The notes under the pieces are model-generated. The model was not told where the DNA came from. It did not search any database and saw only the letters and a list, made by a program, of their open reading frames with translations. DNA of 64,000 bases from Deltaproteobacteria bacterium (GTDB taxonomy: Bacteria > Desulfobacterota > Desulfobacteria > Desulfobacterales > C00003060), in assembly GCA_016930875.1 (NCBI GenBank), contig JAFGFW010000170.1, positions 2,027-66,026 on the forward strand. Direction: 5' to 3'. The position numbers and the translations under genes are program-made. This document shows, piece by piece, positions 19,485-28,153 of the stretch; the stretch's first letter is position 1, and every line of letters starts with the position of its first letter.

Positions 19485-19615
19485 GATTCTCTCCTCTTCA
19501 CTGCTCGCCAGCGCGTCTTTGTGCTTGAGATCTCGCCTTAAGGCTTTCTCAGTAACCTCTTAATCTTATAGCATCATTCAGCCAGCTTGGCTATCTCAAA
19601 TACGACCTGATCATA

Positions 19616-19692
19616 AAATCGCTGCGCGATTTTATGCAACGCGGCGCCGACTTCGCCATAGTAGCCATGGCTACGACGGCTGAATTCCCCGC
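19616..19692. repeat. REP-like hairpin (AAAATCGC-TGC-GCGATTTT) fused to a second repeat family (GCCGACTTCGCCATAGTAGCCATGGCTACGACGGCTGAA)
   Basis: The first part matches 10441-10459 and 61766-61784. The second part is the reverse complement of 53283-53322 with few mismatches. A fragment CTATGGCGAAGTCGGC recurs at about 19952-19967. Confidence 0.75.
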
Positions 19693-19718
19693 TACGAAAA
19701 AAGGAAATTCCTATACTA

Positions 19719-19746
19719 TCAAGTTATCCGGGTTAGATGCCGATAC
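19719..19746 (+). promoter_or_regulatory. sigma-28-like promoter candidate (TCAAGTTA-N12-GCCGATAC) with no downstream ORF
   Basis: Compared with the textbook FliA consensus TAAAGTTT-N11-GCCGATAA: one mismatch in the TAAAGTT core, one in the -10, and a spacer one nt longer. Confidence 0.25.
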
Positions 19747-19807
19747 AAGGCAAGGAAAACAAGTCCCGAGTCAATGTCATTGACTTAGGCTCAAGTCAGT
19801 GTTAGTT

Positions 19808-20055
19808 TGTCATTTCGAGCGAAGCGCGTGCCCTGCCCGCCTTGGCGCGACACAAGTTGGAGAGTGCCTAGGAGAGAAAAACCCGGTCTGGGCCAGGGGC
19901 GCGACATGAGAATAATAACCGGTGCTATTTCAGCCGTCATCCGACTCAGGCGGACTATGGCGAAGTCGGCATATGAACCCGGTCTGGGCCAGGGAAAAAT
20001 CTTGTTCTGCTTGAATTCAAAGGAGTTCTCGTCGCCAATGCTCCTCGAAATGACA
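19808..20055. mobile_element. MITE-like 248-bp element bounded by 12-bp terminal inverted repeats TGTCATTTCGAG / CTCGAAATGACA
   Basis: TIRs at 19808-19819 and 20044-20055. There is an internal 19-20-bp direct repeat AACCCGGTCTGGGCCAGGG at 19880-19898 and 19974-19992. No credible ORF is present. Confidence 0.45.
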
Positions 20056-20283
20056 GAACAAAATTCCTTAAGTTAATGGCATTGGGTCCCGAGTTGGAAG
20101 CGTTCTCAATAATTCAAAATGCATGATATGGGAAAACTCTGTTGAAAATCAAATCCTCTTTTCACTCGACTGGAATAGGGTCTTTCAAGGGGCTGGCTGC
20201 CAAGTATTGCGATATTGGGGATAGGCTCTGCGCTTATCTGGAAAGAAAGACGCCACATAGGCCTGCCACGCATTCCCGAACTC

Positions 20284-20586
20284 TTATTCTTTTAAAGAGG
20301 TCAGAAATCCGTTCGTGAAATAGAAGTGTCTATCCCCGTATATCCATTCTTCCTTTCTCATTTCTTGGGTTTCCAATACCACATGCCTCTTTTCAGGCAC
20401 ACCCAAAACCTCCTTCACCTGCCAAGTGTCCATGCCAATGACTATGCTCTTCTTATCAATGACAGCTCTTTGGAATCGTCCTGCAGGCGCCGGCAATTCA
20501 AACAGCTTTCTGTTTTCCCTTGCCAGCCACCAGCCAAAGATAAATCCCAAGACTATCAGAAAAATAACAGCCAGTTTTTTCATCAC
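20284..20586 (-). CDS. small membrane-anchored/exported hypothetical protein
   Basis: 100 aa. N-terminal hydrophobic segment MMKKLAVIFLIVLGFIFGWW, then a compact domain (MDTWQVKEVLGVPEK..WIYGD..FTNGFL) reminiscent of small BamE/SmpA-like lipoprotein folds. Confidence 0.5.
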   Translation of the reverse strand: MMKKLAVIFLIVLGFIFGWWLARENRKLFELPAPAGRFQRAVIDKKSIVIGMDTWQVKEVLGVPEKRHVVLETQEMRKEEWIYGDRHFYFTNGFLTSLKE

Positions 20587-20899
20587 TTGTTCTTTACATT
20601 GACCCAGCCCTAACCTTTATTAAAGTTTAACATCCATCAACAAGAACATCAATCAAGATCATGAGCTGTGGTGAGAGGTGAGATGACAAGACAAAAGGCT
20701 GTTCGCGAATCAAGTGTTGAAATGGCCCAGGTGATGTTTCCCTCGATGATTTCGCTGGATGAAAACAGGAGACCCATGGCGGTTCCCAAATTTGAGCGCC
20801 AACTCTGCGAATTTATTCTTGCGTGAGCCCTAAGAGCGAAACGCGCTGGGGAGCTGAGAAAAAAGCTGAACAAGGAGTGAAGTTGTTTTTGAGCGAGCC

Positions 20900-21427
20900 T
20901 TACGTATCCATCAACTCCGCATTCCAATACAGATAATCAACCCAGGCATTGGGAACACTTCTCACACCGATCGTAACCATGATAAACGGCACCCAAGAGG
21001 GCTTTACGGGTTTCTTTAAGAGTCTGAAACCCGCCTCCTTCATGGTTCTACCTCCCTTGATCCGGTTACACATGCAACATGACGTGACAATATTGGTCCA
21101 TTCGGTTTTTCCACCGTGCCTCTTGGGCACAACGTCATCAAAAGAAAGATCTTTCGACTCAAACTTCTGCCCGCAGTATTGGCATCGGAATCCGTCCCGG
21201 CCATAGATATTGAGCCTGGAAAACTTGATATCCCTCTTTCTGTATCTCACGAATCTAAGGAGCCGAAGCACTGACGGAAGTTTGATAGCGAAGGTTACGG
21301 AGTGGATATCCCTTTCGTACTCCTCCAACACCTCCACCTTTCCCAAGGTGAGAAGCCTTATGGCCCTTTTCCAGTCGATCACCTTCAAAGGCTCAAAAGT
21401 TGCATTCAACAGTAATACCTGCTCCAT
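20900..21427 (-). CDS. HNH endonuclease family protein
   Basis: FRCQYCGQKF...DDVVPKRHGG..WTNIVTSCCMCNRIKG (HNH with CxxC pairs). The ATG at 21427 (MEQVLLLNATFEPL) is the likely start; the track start is 21499. Confidence 0.8.
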   Translation of the reverse strand: MEQVLLLNATFEPLKVIDWKRAIRLLTLGKVEVLEEYERDIHSVTFAIKLPSVLRLLRFVRYRKRDIKFSRLNIYGRDGFRCQYCGQKFESKDLSFDDVVPKRHGGKTEWTNIVTSCCMCNRIKGGRTMKEAGFRLLKKPVKPSWVPFIMVTIGVRSVPNAWVDYLYWNAELMDT

Positions 21428-21601
21428 ACGGCCCCCCGAATCTCTGGCTACCGTTGCTTTTCGTTTGTTTTTATAATGTACTTTGATACGTGGTGTCAAC
21501 CAGAATATGGACGGAAATGTCTTAAACGAGGTCTCGATCTATCTAAATGGGAGAATTGGCACGAAACCTGAATAATACAACCCGATCAGGAGCTGTAAGT
21601 T

Positions 21602-21814
21602 GTGGGTGATGATCTGAGTATTAGGTCAGTATATATCGACTGTCACAAGTGTAAGCATTACTATGTCACTTGGGATAAGGACTTTCCCCATGGATGCCGC
21701 GCCATGGAGTTTAAGGGGCGAGGATTCCCCTCTGCACTTGTGCGACGGAACTCAGGGATTCCTTGTCTTTTGTATGAACCAAAGGAGCGGCCCATCAAGC
21801 GGCCTTTTTCTTAA
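21602..21814 (+). CDS. small Cys-containing hypothetical protein (GTG start)
   Basis: 70 aa with C14-x2-C17, C32 and C55. An AGGAG Shine-Dalgarno lies 9 nt upstream of the GTG. The 3' end overlaps the fliW 3' end by 20 bp (convergent). Confidence 0.4.
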   Translation: MGDDLSIRSVYIDCHKCKHYYVTWDKDFPHGCRAMEFKGRGFPSALVRRNSGIPCLLYEPKERPIKRPFS

Positions 21815-22238
21815 CGAGGGGATATTTGTGAGAATAAGAGTCATTATATAAGACAATCTGTACGGCTTCACAGGTTTTTGGGTTTAGAACCATCGGCCCG
21901 ATAAGGTTTGCCGTCATTTTTTCAGGCGCCCCCCTGGGGATGGTGACAATGATGTAGCACTCCAAAGCAACCTTCTCGCCTTGTTGGTCCCATCCCATTG
22001 CCTGAACCGCAGCATCCAGGTCAACCTCGTAATCGGGCTTGAATAACCATCGGTTGGTAATGACAAAGGCCAGCGCGGGATCATCAAGGGACTGATACCA
22101 GAAAAAAGGGGACTCTTCTTTGTGCTGGATAAGGCAGAATCGCTTTTTGTCTGCAAAACCAAGCATTCCATGGGACATGCTAATTAGCTTTTCTTCCGGC
22201 AGTTCCACGGTCCCGAATCGCGTGGTTTCAACCTTCAT
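21795..22238 (-). CDS. fliW: flagellar assembly factor FliW
   Basis: 147 aa. [44 protein letters not shown] overlap with csrA. Confidence 0.9.
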   Translation of the reverse strand: MKVETTRFGTVELPEEKLISMSHGMLGFADKKRFCLIQHKEESPFFWYQSLDDPALAFVITNRWLFKPDYEVDLDAAVQAMGWDQQGEKVALECYIIVTIPRGAPEKMTANLIGPMVLNPKTCEAVQIVLYNDSYSHKYPLVKKKAA

Positions 22239-22498
22239 ACTATCCTCCCGCTCCTATTGTCACACTCATTGTTGGTTCCACACAGTTGTGCTGCCGCTGC
22301 AAAATCATTGGCTTCCACCCGTGCGGCCAAGAGGTTTTCTTCCTGAATCCTGTTATAGATCTCGCCGCGATGAACCGCTATTCCCTTTGGAGCCTCGATC
22401 CCAAGCTTGACCTGTGATCCCTTGATTTCCAAAACGCTGACAACTACATCATCACCGATGTTTATCTCTTCTCCCGACTTCCTTGTCAGTATAAGCAT
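22235..22498 (-). CDS. csrA: carbon storage regulator CsrA (FliW-partnered type, extended C-terminus)
   Basis: [48 protein letters not shown], then about 30 extra residues. Confidence 0.95.
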   Translation of the reverse strand: MLILTRKSGEEINIGDDVVVSVLEIKGSQVKLGIEAPKGIAVHRGEIYNRIQEENLLAARVEANDFAAAAQLCGTNNECDNRSGRIV

Positions 22499-22527
22499 GC
22501 CGCCCTCCCTGGCGTCACAACCAGATA

Positions 22528-23427
22528 TTACATGTAATTCACCAAACTCAACTGGAGAACCTTGGAAGATGCAGCCAGGGCAGCCTGGTAGGCCACCTCC
22601 TTGGCCTTCAAGTCCATGATCGCCTCCGTGATCTCTGCATCCTCAATCTTCGAAAGACTTTCGGTAGTTGCAATATCCAGATTCTGAAGCACGTTATCCT
22701 TGATCTCCATGCGGATCATCTTGGACCCTACATCGGCAATCTGGGCAGAATTGTGGTCAAAATGAGTATCCAGGTTTGTCATGGCTGTTTGAATGCCGCT
22801 GATGTCGTTGCCCTGCAGGGCTGTTTTCAAGTCCTTCAATATTCTAAAAATATCGTCACTACCGCCCGCGCCCGAAGGTTGGAACGCGGCCTGTCCGTCG
22901 CCTCCGATCTCTACTGTGGCATCTTTGCCTATCTTTATAGTAAACGGGTTGCTGTCCCCGTTGTATGTGACACTGTTGTCGCTGTTGAGCGTGAAGGCCG
23001 CTGCATCCGTTTTCGACCCGGCAAAAACATACCGCCCGTTCACCTGGGTATTAGCCAGGGAGACAACCTCTTCTAGAGTATTCTGAACGATCTCGGCCGC
23101 AGAACGCCTTTCCGCTGCCCCGGTGTTGGCGCTGGCCATCTGAACACACAAGGCCTTGGCCTCTGAAACCAGGTCCTGAACGCTGGTCTGGGCGCTTTCA
23201 GAAGCAACAAGCCAGGATTTGCCCATAGATATGTTGCGGCTCAACTGCTCAATGTTGGAAAGACTCGATTTCATGCTGAGCACCTGGGTCAGGCCCACGG
23301 GATCATCAGAAAGCTTGAGAATACGCTTTTGAGTCGCCACCACCATGTTTGCCCTGTTCAATTCCTCAGTGATCTTGGCCAGGTTGAGCTTTACATTATC
23401 GAAAATAATCTTGTTCGATACTCTCAT
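22528..23427 (-). CDS. flgL: flagellar hook-associated protein 3 FlgL
   Basis: 299 aa. Flagellin-like N-terminus ([19 protein letters not shown]) and C-terminus ([21 protein letters not shown]). Follows flgK. Confidence 0.85.
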   Translation of the reverse strand: MRVSNKIIFDNVKLNLAKITEELNRANMVVATQKRILKLSDDPVGLTQVLSMKSSLSNIEQLSRNISMGKSWLVASESAQTSVQDLVSEAKALCVQMASANTGAAERRSAAEIVQNTLEEVVSLANTQVNGRYVFAGSKTDAAAFTLNSDNSVTYNGDSNPFTIKIGKDATVEIGGDGQAAFQPSGAGGSDDIFRILKDLKTALQGNDISGIQTAMTNLDTHFDHNSAQIADVGSKMIRMEIKDNVLQNLDIATTESLSKIEDAEITEAIMDLKAKEVAYQAALAASSKVLQLSLVNYM

Positions 23428-23443
23428 GGCAAATCCCCTTCCA

Positions 23444-25213
23444 TTACTTTACACCGAGCAACGTCTGCAACATCTCATCCGATACGCTAACGAGCTTGGC
23501 TCCTGCTGCAAAGGCATGCTGATACTGCATGAGCTGGGTCATCTCCTCGTCAAGAGAAACGGATGAAATGCTCTCCCTCATGGTCTTGAGTTCATTCACC
23601 ATGACTTCATTGAAGGCCCTGCTCCGCGAGATACTCGACCCCTTGATCCCCAGAGAACCCACCAGGCTGTGGTAGTACTCCTCAATTGTAGCAGTGCTAG
23701 TCCCCTCAGTGTTCCCGTTGATCCTGTCGTAAGTCCATTCTGAGACGGACATGGAGGTGTATTGCAGGTCAACAATTGCAAGCGCATTGGTGTTGTCGCC
23801 AGTGGCAAAGGTCCCGTAACCGGAAGATGTTACGTCGCTGTCTATCTTGGCCGCAGCGATGTAGTCTTTGTCAGAGCCAATTACATCGTTTACACCCATG
23901 CCCCCGGCAGCCGAGCCTGTGAAAAACGTGTTGATCCCGAGCGCGGCCAGGACATTACTCGTGTCATCTGAAAACGCAAAGGTGTGGTTATTCGTAGTCG
24001 TAATTGCCAACTTCCCATCAGCGTTAACGCTGGCTGATATGTCTGGATCGAGTGCGGTAATGGCTGTTGCTATGTCGTTTAATGTGGTTACACCAGCAGT
24101 CACAGTCACAGTTGTCCCTCCCCCGTTCGCCAGAGTGTCTGTACTGTCATATAGCCAGACTTCAAACGTCCCACCACTGATCTTTTCATAGTAATCCAGA
24201 CCGGAGGCAGAACTTGTAAGGGCCGCGCCCGGAGCTGAAGCGCCGTACGTACCGGTCGCCGAGCTGAAAGTGGTCAACCCAACACCCTGGCTGTGCTGCT
24301 TGTTTACAGCCCAGATGAATTCAGAGGCCAGCTCTGTCAGGTCCTGCTTGTATTTCGCCACGATTTCGTCCCGCATATCAAGCCATCCGCCCAGCTTCCC
24401 CTTGCTGATATTGTCCGTTATGTCAACCTCATTGCCGCCGGAGCCCTGCCATTTGACTGAACTCCCGTCGAGCTCAATGTCGTATCCGTCATTACCGTCA
24501 ACGAGAACAACACCCTTGGCCGAAACGATGGTAAACGCCCCATTGCTCTGCTCAAAGATCTTCATGTCTATGTACTCGGCAAGTTCTGAAGCAAGCACGT
24601 TGCGCTGATCCCTCAGGTCATTAGCCGAAGCATCGATCTCCAGACCAGCGATTTCATTGTTGAGATTAGCGATTGCGGCCGTAATTTCATTGACCCTTCC
24701 TACGCCGGCCTTAACCGCGTTGGTCAAATCCGTGTTGAGCTGCAACAAATCGGAATCAATGGATTTAAATTGCTGTGAGATGAGGAGGCTATGCTCGTAG
24801 AGGGCAATCCGTTCGGCAGCACCCGAGGGATCATTTGATATATCATGCCACAAATTCCAAAACTCCCCCAGCATAGTGCTCAAACTGGTGTCTGAGTTCT
24901 CGTTAAACAGCCCCTCCATGGCCAGCATATAATTTTCCATTTCTTTGTAGCAATAAAGGCTCGATTTTTGCTGCATGACACGATTTTCAATAATCTGGTC
25001 ACTGGCCCTAACGATCTCGGTTGTGTCCACCCCCCTGCCGAGAAGCACGCCACCAAAGGGCGCAGGTTTCTTTGCTTCAAACACAGCAGTCTGCTTGGAA
25101 TAACCAGGCGTATTCACGTTGGCAATATTGTGGCTGGTTACGTAGATACCGTACTGCTGTGCTGCCAGGGCGTCTTTGGCAATGCTCAATACCAGTCCGA
25201 TACCAGATGACAT
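23444..25213 (-). CDS. flgK: flagellar hook-associated protein 1 FlgK
   Basis: 589 aa. N-terminal AAQQYGIYVTSHNIANVNTPGYS and C-terminal SLDEEMTQLMQYQHAFAAGAK. Confidence 0.9.
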   Translation of the reverse strand: MSSGIGLVLSIAKDALAAQQYGIYVTSHNIANVNTPGYSKQTAVFEAKKPAPFGGVLLGRGVDTTEIVRASDQIIENRVMQQKSSLYCYKEMENYMLAMEGLFNENSDTSLSTMLGEFWNLWHDISNDPSGAAERIALYEHSLLISQQFKSIDSDLLQLNTDLTNAVKAGVGRVNEITAAIANLNNEIAGLEIDASANDLRDQRNVLASELAEYIDMKIFEQSNGAFTIVSAKGVVLVDGNDGYDIELDGSSVKWQGSGGNEVDITDNISKGKLGGWLDMRDEIVAKYKQDLTELASEFIWAVNKQHSQGVGLTTFSSATGTYGASAPGAALTSSASGLDYYEKISGGTFEVWLYDSTDTLANGGGTTVTVTAGVTTLNDIATAITALDPDISASVNADGKLAITTTNNHTFAFSDDTSNVLAALGINTFFTGSAAGGMGVNDVIGSDKDYIAAAKIDSDVTSSGYGTFATGDNTNALAIVDLQYTSMSVSEWTYDRINGNTEGTSTATIEEYYHSLVGSLGIKGSSISRSRAFNEVMVNELKTMRESISSVSLDEEMTQLMQYQHAFAAGAKLVSVSDEMLQTLLGVK

Positions 25214-25215
25214 AG

Positions 25216-25743
25216 TTACACCTCTCTAGTGAGCAACACATTCGCCGGGCCGTTGGAATTCAGAGACCCGCAGCCATTGTAAAGGGGTTCTGCCGTATGC
25301 CCATTTGCAATGATACTGATGAGCTGATCAAGAAAATCAAGGCTCTGTTCAATAAACTGCTTGTTCTCCCGGCTCCGTTGCCGGGTCTCTGTCTTCAGGC
25401 CTACGAGAGACAAATAGGCCTTCTTAAACCGTTTACGTTCCACAGACGGAATAAGCGACAGCACTGTGGCCAGGGAAAAAGATGATACATCCATACCGTG
25501 GTCTATGGAGGCCTCGGACAGAGCGGCCAGCGCCTTTACGCGGACCGCCTCGATGCGAGGCACAATTGACTGTTTTTTATCGGAGATCTCCCATAGGGCG
25601 TCCATATCGGTCTTGATCAGGAACTCGCGTTCCTGTTTCAAACATTCCACAAGATCCTGATACAGCATGATTTTTTCATAAAACAGATCTTCAAGGCTCT
25701 TAATTGGCGCTTTCATAGGGATTTTCTCCTGTTTCGGAATCAC
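25216..25743 (-). CDS. flgN: FlgN-family flagellar export chaperone
   Basis: 175 aa helical protein (LYQDLVECLKQEREFLIKTDMDALWEISDKKQ) located immediately upstream of flgK. Confidence 0.65.
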   Translation of the reverse strand: MIPKQEKIPMKAPIKSLEDLFYEKIMLYQDLVECLKQEREFLIKTDMDALWEISDKKQSIVPRIEAVRVKALAALSEASIDHGMDVSSFSLATVLSLIPSVERKRFKKAYLSLVGLKTETRQRSRENKQFIEQSLDFLDQLISIIANGHTAEPLYNGCGSLNSNGPANVLLTREV

Positions 25744-25752
25744 ACAAGGTTC

Positions 25753-26142
25753 TTATCGGATAAAATGCTTACTTGCTAAAGTTGAGGACTCGGCGCCAGA
25801 CATCTTGTCATATTGCTTTGCAACTTGATCCGTCAATTTCTCATAGAGTAACTGCCCGAGTCCCATGCCTCCCCCCTTTGCCACGGACTGGGCCATTTGT
25901 TCATCCAACATCGATTTGTAAATTTTGCTCTCGTGAGAGCTGTCGAGAAGCCCGTTTTCAGGAATGCTCTTTCGCGCTGATTTCAGGACAAAATAGATAA
26001 AAATCGATTCAAAATCAGCGCACGCCTGTCTGAGCTTCGCGTCTTTCCGGTCTGTCCCTTTCAAAACAACATGGGCTCTCAGCCCTATCTCGCTTGCTGT
26101 TATGCCTGTCATGTCACTCATTGGTCGCCTGTCACTGGTCAT
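25753..26142 (-). CDS. rod-binding (FlgJ N-terminal-like) protein
   Basis: ACADFESIFIYFVLKSARKS...MLDEQMAQSVAKGGGMGLGQLLYEKL matches the FlgJ rod-binding domain pattern, and no muramidase domain is present. The first ~10 codons are made of the heptamer repeat, so the true start may be the ATG at 26121 or 26112. Confidence 0.7.
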   Translation of the reverse strand: MTSDRRPMSDMTGITASEIGLRAHVVLKGTDRKDAKLRQACADFESIFIYFVLKSARKSIPENGLLDSSHESKIYKSMLDEQMAQSVAKGGGMGLGQLLYEKLTDQVAKQYDKMSGAESSTLASKHFIR

Positions 26143-26231
26143 TCGTCACCTGCCATTGGCGCCTCCTGCTTACTTCTTACTGCCATCCGAAATCCGGCAT
26201 CCAACCTATTGATCACCAACCACCGACTATC
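26113..26231. repeat. 17-unit drifting heptamer spacer (GTCACTC ATTGGTC GCCTGTC ACTGGTC ATTCGTC ACCTGCC ATTGGCG CCTCCTG CTTACTT CTTACTG CCATCCG AAATCCG GCATCCA ACCTATT GATCACC AACCACC GACTATC)
   Basis: Read in register directly from the sequence. It shares CATTGGCGCCT, TTCTTACTGC and ATCCGGCATC blocks, in the same order, with 60810-60928. Confidence 0.8.
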
Positions 26232-26236
26232 TCTTT

Positions 26237-27418
26237 TTACATAAGCTCCAGTTTGGCATGAAGCCCGCCGGCAACCTTTATGCACCTAAAAATGGTGATC
26301 AGATCTCTTGGGGTTACTCCGATGGCATTGAGCGCCCTGACCAATTCGCCAATGGTGCTGCCACTGGGAAGCAGAATTAACCTGTTGTTTTCCTCTTGAA
26401 CAGCGACATCAGTATCAGGGGCCACGACCGTCTGTCCTCCCGGCCCCATAACGACACCGTCTTCAGGTTTGAATTGTTGGGTCCCGCTTTCGAGAGGTGG
26501 TGTAGGAGCAAAGGGGGCAGGCTGAGACACGGAAGCGCGCTCCTTGATTACAATATTCAAATTACCGTGGGCCACGGCCACCGTGGAAATCCTGACATTC
26601 TCGCCCATAACAACCGTGCCTGTCTTCTCATTTAACACCACTTTCGCAACCGTGTCGGGCGTTACCTGAAGGCTTTCCAGAGCCGCAACCATCTCCACCA
26701 CACGTTCACGAAACTCTTCCGGTATGCGCATCTTAACGGTCCCGGAATCAATTGTACTGGCCAGATACCGGCCGAATTTTGTATTGATTGCATTACGCAC
26801 CCTGACAGCTGTTGTGAAGTCAGGATTGCCCAAGGCGATAGTAAGCTCCTGCTTGCCTTGCATAGGCACAGGGATTTCACGCTCAATCGTGGCCCCCCCT
26901 GAAAGCCTGCCCGCAGTGGGATGGTTCTTGGTCACACCTCCGCCGGCAGCGCCGCCGGCAGCAAAACCACCGACCGAGACAGGGCCCTGGGCCAAAGCAT
27001 AGATCCTTCGATCCACACCACGTAAAGGCGTTAATAAAAGAGTGCCCCCTTGAAGACTCTTGGCATCTCCTATGGAGGAGACCAGCACATCAATCTTGTT
27101 TCCAATTCTCGCAAAGGGAGGCACGTTGGCAGTCAATATAACAGCAGCCACGTTTTTGACTGAAATAGCTGATTTGTCCACATGGATGCCCAGCCGTTCG
27201 ATCATGTTGGCCAGGGACTGCACCGTAAAGCCTGTCCCGGACTTATCCCCTGTGCCGTTTAATCCAACGACAAGGCCGTAACCGACAAGTTGGTTGTTCC
27301 TAATGCCTTTGATCGATGCCAGGTCTTTGACCCTCGCGGCGAAAACCTCGGAAACCAAAAGCATCAGCAAGGCTATGGTGAAGCAAATTGTCTTTGACTG
27401 TGTTGCTGTTGTTTTCAT
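26237..27418 (-). CDS. flgI: flagellar P-ring protein FlgI
   Basis: RVKDLASIKGIRNNQLVGYGLVVGLNGTGD. The ATG at 27418 has an AGGA Shine-Dalgarno and gives a signal peptide MKTTATQSKTICFTIALLMLLVSEVFA. The track start is 27442. Confidence 0.95.
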   Translation of the reverse strand: MKTTATQSKTICFTIALLMLLVSEVFAARVKDLASIKGIRNNQLVGYGLVVGLNGTGDKSGTGFTVQSLANMIERLGIHVDKSAISVKNVAAVILTANVPPFARIGNKIDVLVSSIGDAKSLQGGTLLLTPLRGVDRRIYALAQGPVSVGGFAAGGAAGGGVTKNHPTAGRLSGGATIEREIPVPMQGKQELTIALGNPDFTTAVRVRNAINTKFGRYLASTIDSGTVKMRIPEEFRERVVEMVAALESLQVTPDTVAKVVLNEKTGTVVMGENVRISTVAVAHGNLNIVIKERASVSQPAPFAPTPPLESGTQQFKPEDGVVMGPGGQTVVAPDTDVAVQEENNRLILLPSGSTIGELVRALNAIGVTPRDLITIFRCIKVAGGLHAKLELM

Positions 27419-27429
27419 ATATCTAATTC

Positions 27430-28140
27430 CTAAAACGGCCATACCCAGTCAACTGCTCGCATGAGCCAGCCGGGACGCTGCTTGTCCGCTATCACGCCTT
27501 TGCCGGAATATTCTATCCTTGCATCCGCAACATAGGTTGACTGAATCTCGTTGCTGGTGTCAATATCTTCAGGCCGAATTATCCCGGAGATAGCAATGTG
27601 TTGGGTCTCGTTGTTAACCTTAATCTCTTGTCTGCCAAATATGCGAAGATTTCCGTTGGCAAGCACCTGTATCACTCTTGCCGTAACGTAAGCGTCTAGT
27701 TCGCCTTCGCGATTATTTGTACCCTGGCCGGTGAAACTCGGCTTGAAATTGGCCTTGAACAGGTTGGCTTTGTCTAACCGATGATTGTCGCCAAGGGCGC
27801 TCATGTAACCCATGAGATTCGGAATCCCCGCCTCAATACTCGAATCACGGCTTGTCTGTGTCTTGGCGTACAATTTGCCTGTTGGCTTTTCAGAAATCCT
27901 TATGGTGACAAGATCTCCAACCTCCCTGGCCCTCATGTCCACAAACAGCAAGGCGCTGCCTGCATCTGTCCACAATGACCCTTCAGATGGCGCCGGCGAT
28001 TTTAGGGTTTCAAATTCGTGTCCCCGGATGTCCTCCGCATGGACCTGCAATTGCTTTTTCTGCGCAGGCGTGACACATCCTGAGAAAACCATTATGCCTA
28101 CAATCACAATGCAACCCAGCATGCACATCCTAGTTCTCAT
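27430..28140 (-). CDS. flgH: flagellar L-ring lipoprotein FlgH
   Basis: Lipobox VFSGC and FlgH core (GDLVTIRISE.., YSGKG). The ATG at 28140 has an AAGGAG Shine-Dalgarno 9 nt upstream. The track start is 28164. Confidence 0.9.
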   Translation of the reverse strand: MRTRMCMLGCIVIVGIMVFSGCVTPAQKKQLQVHAEDIRGHEFETLKSPAPSEGSLWTDAGSALLFVDMRAREVGDLVTIRISEKPTGKLYAKTQTSRDSSIEAGIPNLMGYMSALGDNHRLDKANLFKANFKPSFTGQGTNNREGELDAYVTARVIQVLANGNLRIFGRQEIKVNNETQHIAISGIIRPEDIDTSNEIQSTYVADARIEYSGKGVIADKQRPGWLMRAVDWVWPF

Positions 28141-28153
28141 ATCCAGGCGCTCC

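Noticed and set aside
19807-20076. 89-aa plus-strand ORF
   Set aside because: It is exactly coextensive with the TIR-bounded MITE-like element and contains the internal direct repeat. Its translation (SFRAKR.., PGLGQG repeated) is a typical repeat-derived pseudo-ORF.
20587-20899. 6S RNA or another known housekeeping ncRNA
   Set aside because: I tried to pair the ends into a long closing stem with a central bubble, and only short, interrupted complementarity was found. A named RNA class cannot be supported without a covariance-model search.
20649-20927. 92-aa minus-strand ORF in the HNH-downstream gap
   Set aside because: It overlaps the HNH gene 3' end, has no ribosome-binding site, and has an unconvincing composition. 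The region is treated as noncoding and flagged instead as a possible RNA or leader.
20900-21499. HNH gene as part of a mobile element, restriction system or defence island
   Set aside because: There is no adjacent methylase, integrase, transposase, RT or other defence gene. The N-terminal LLLNATFEPL.. plus HNH architecture is that of a common stand-alone ~175-aa HNH protein. The neighbouring repeats are not terminal repeats around it.
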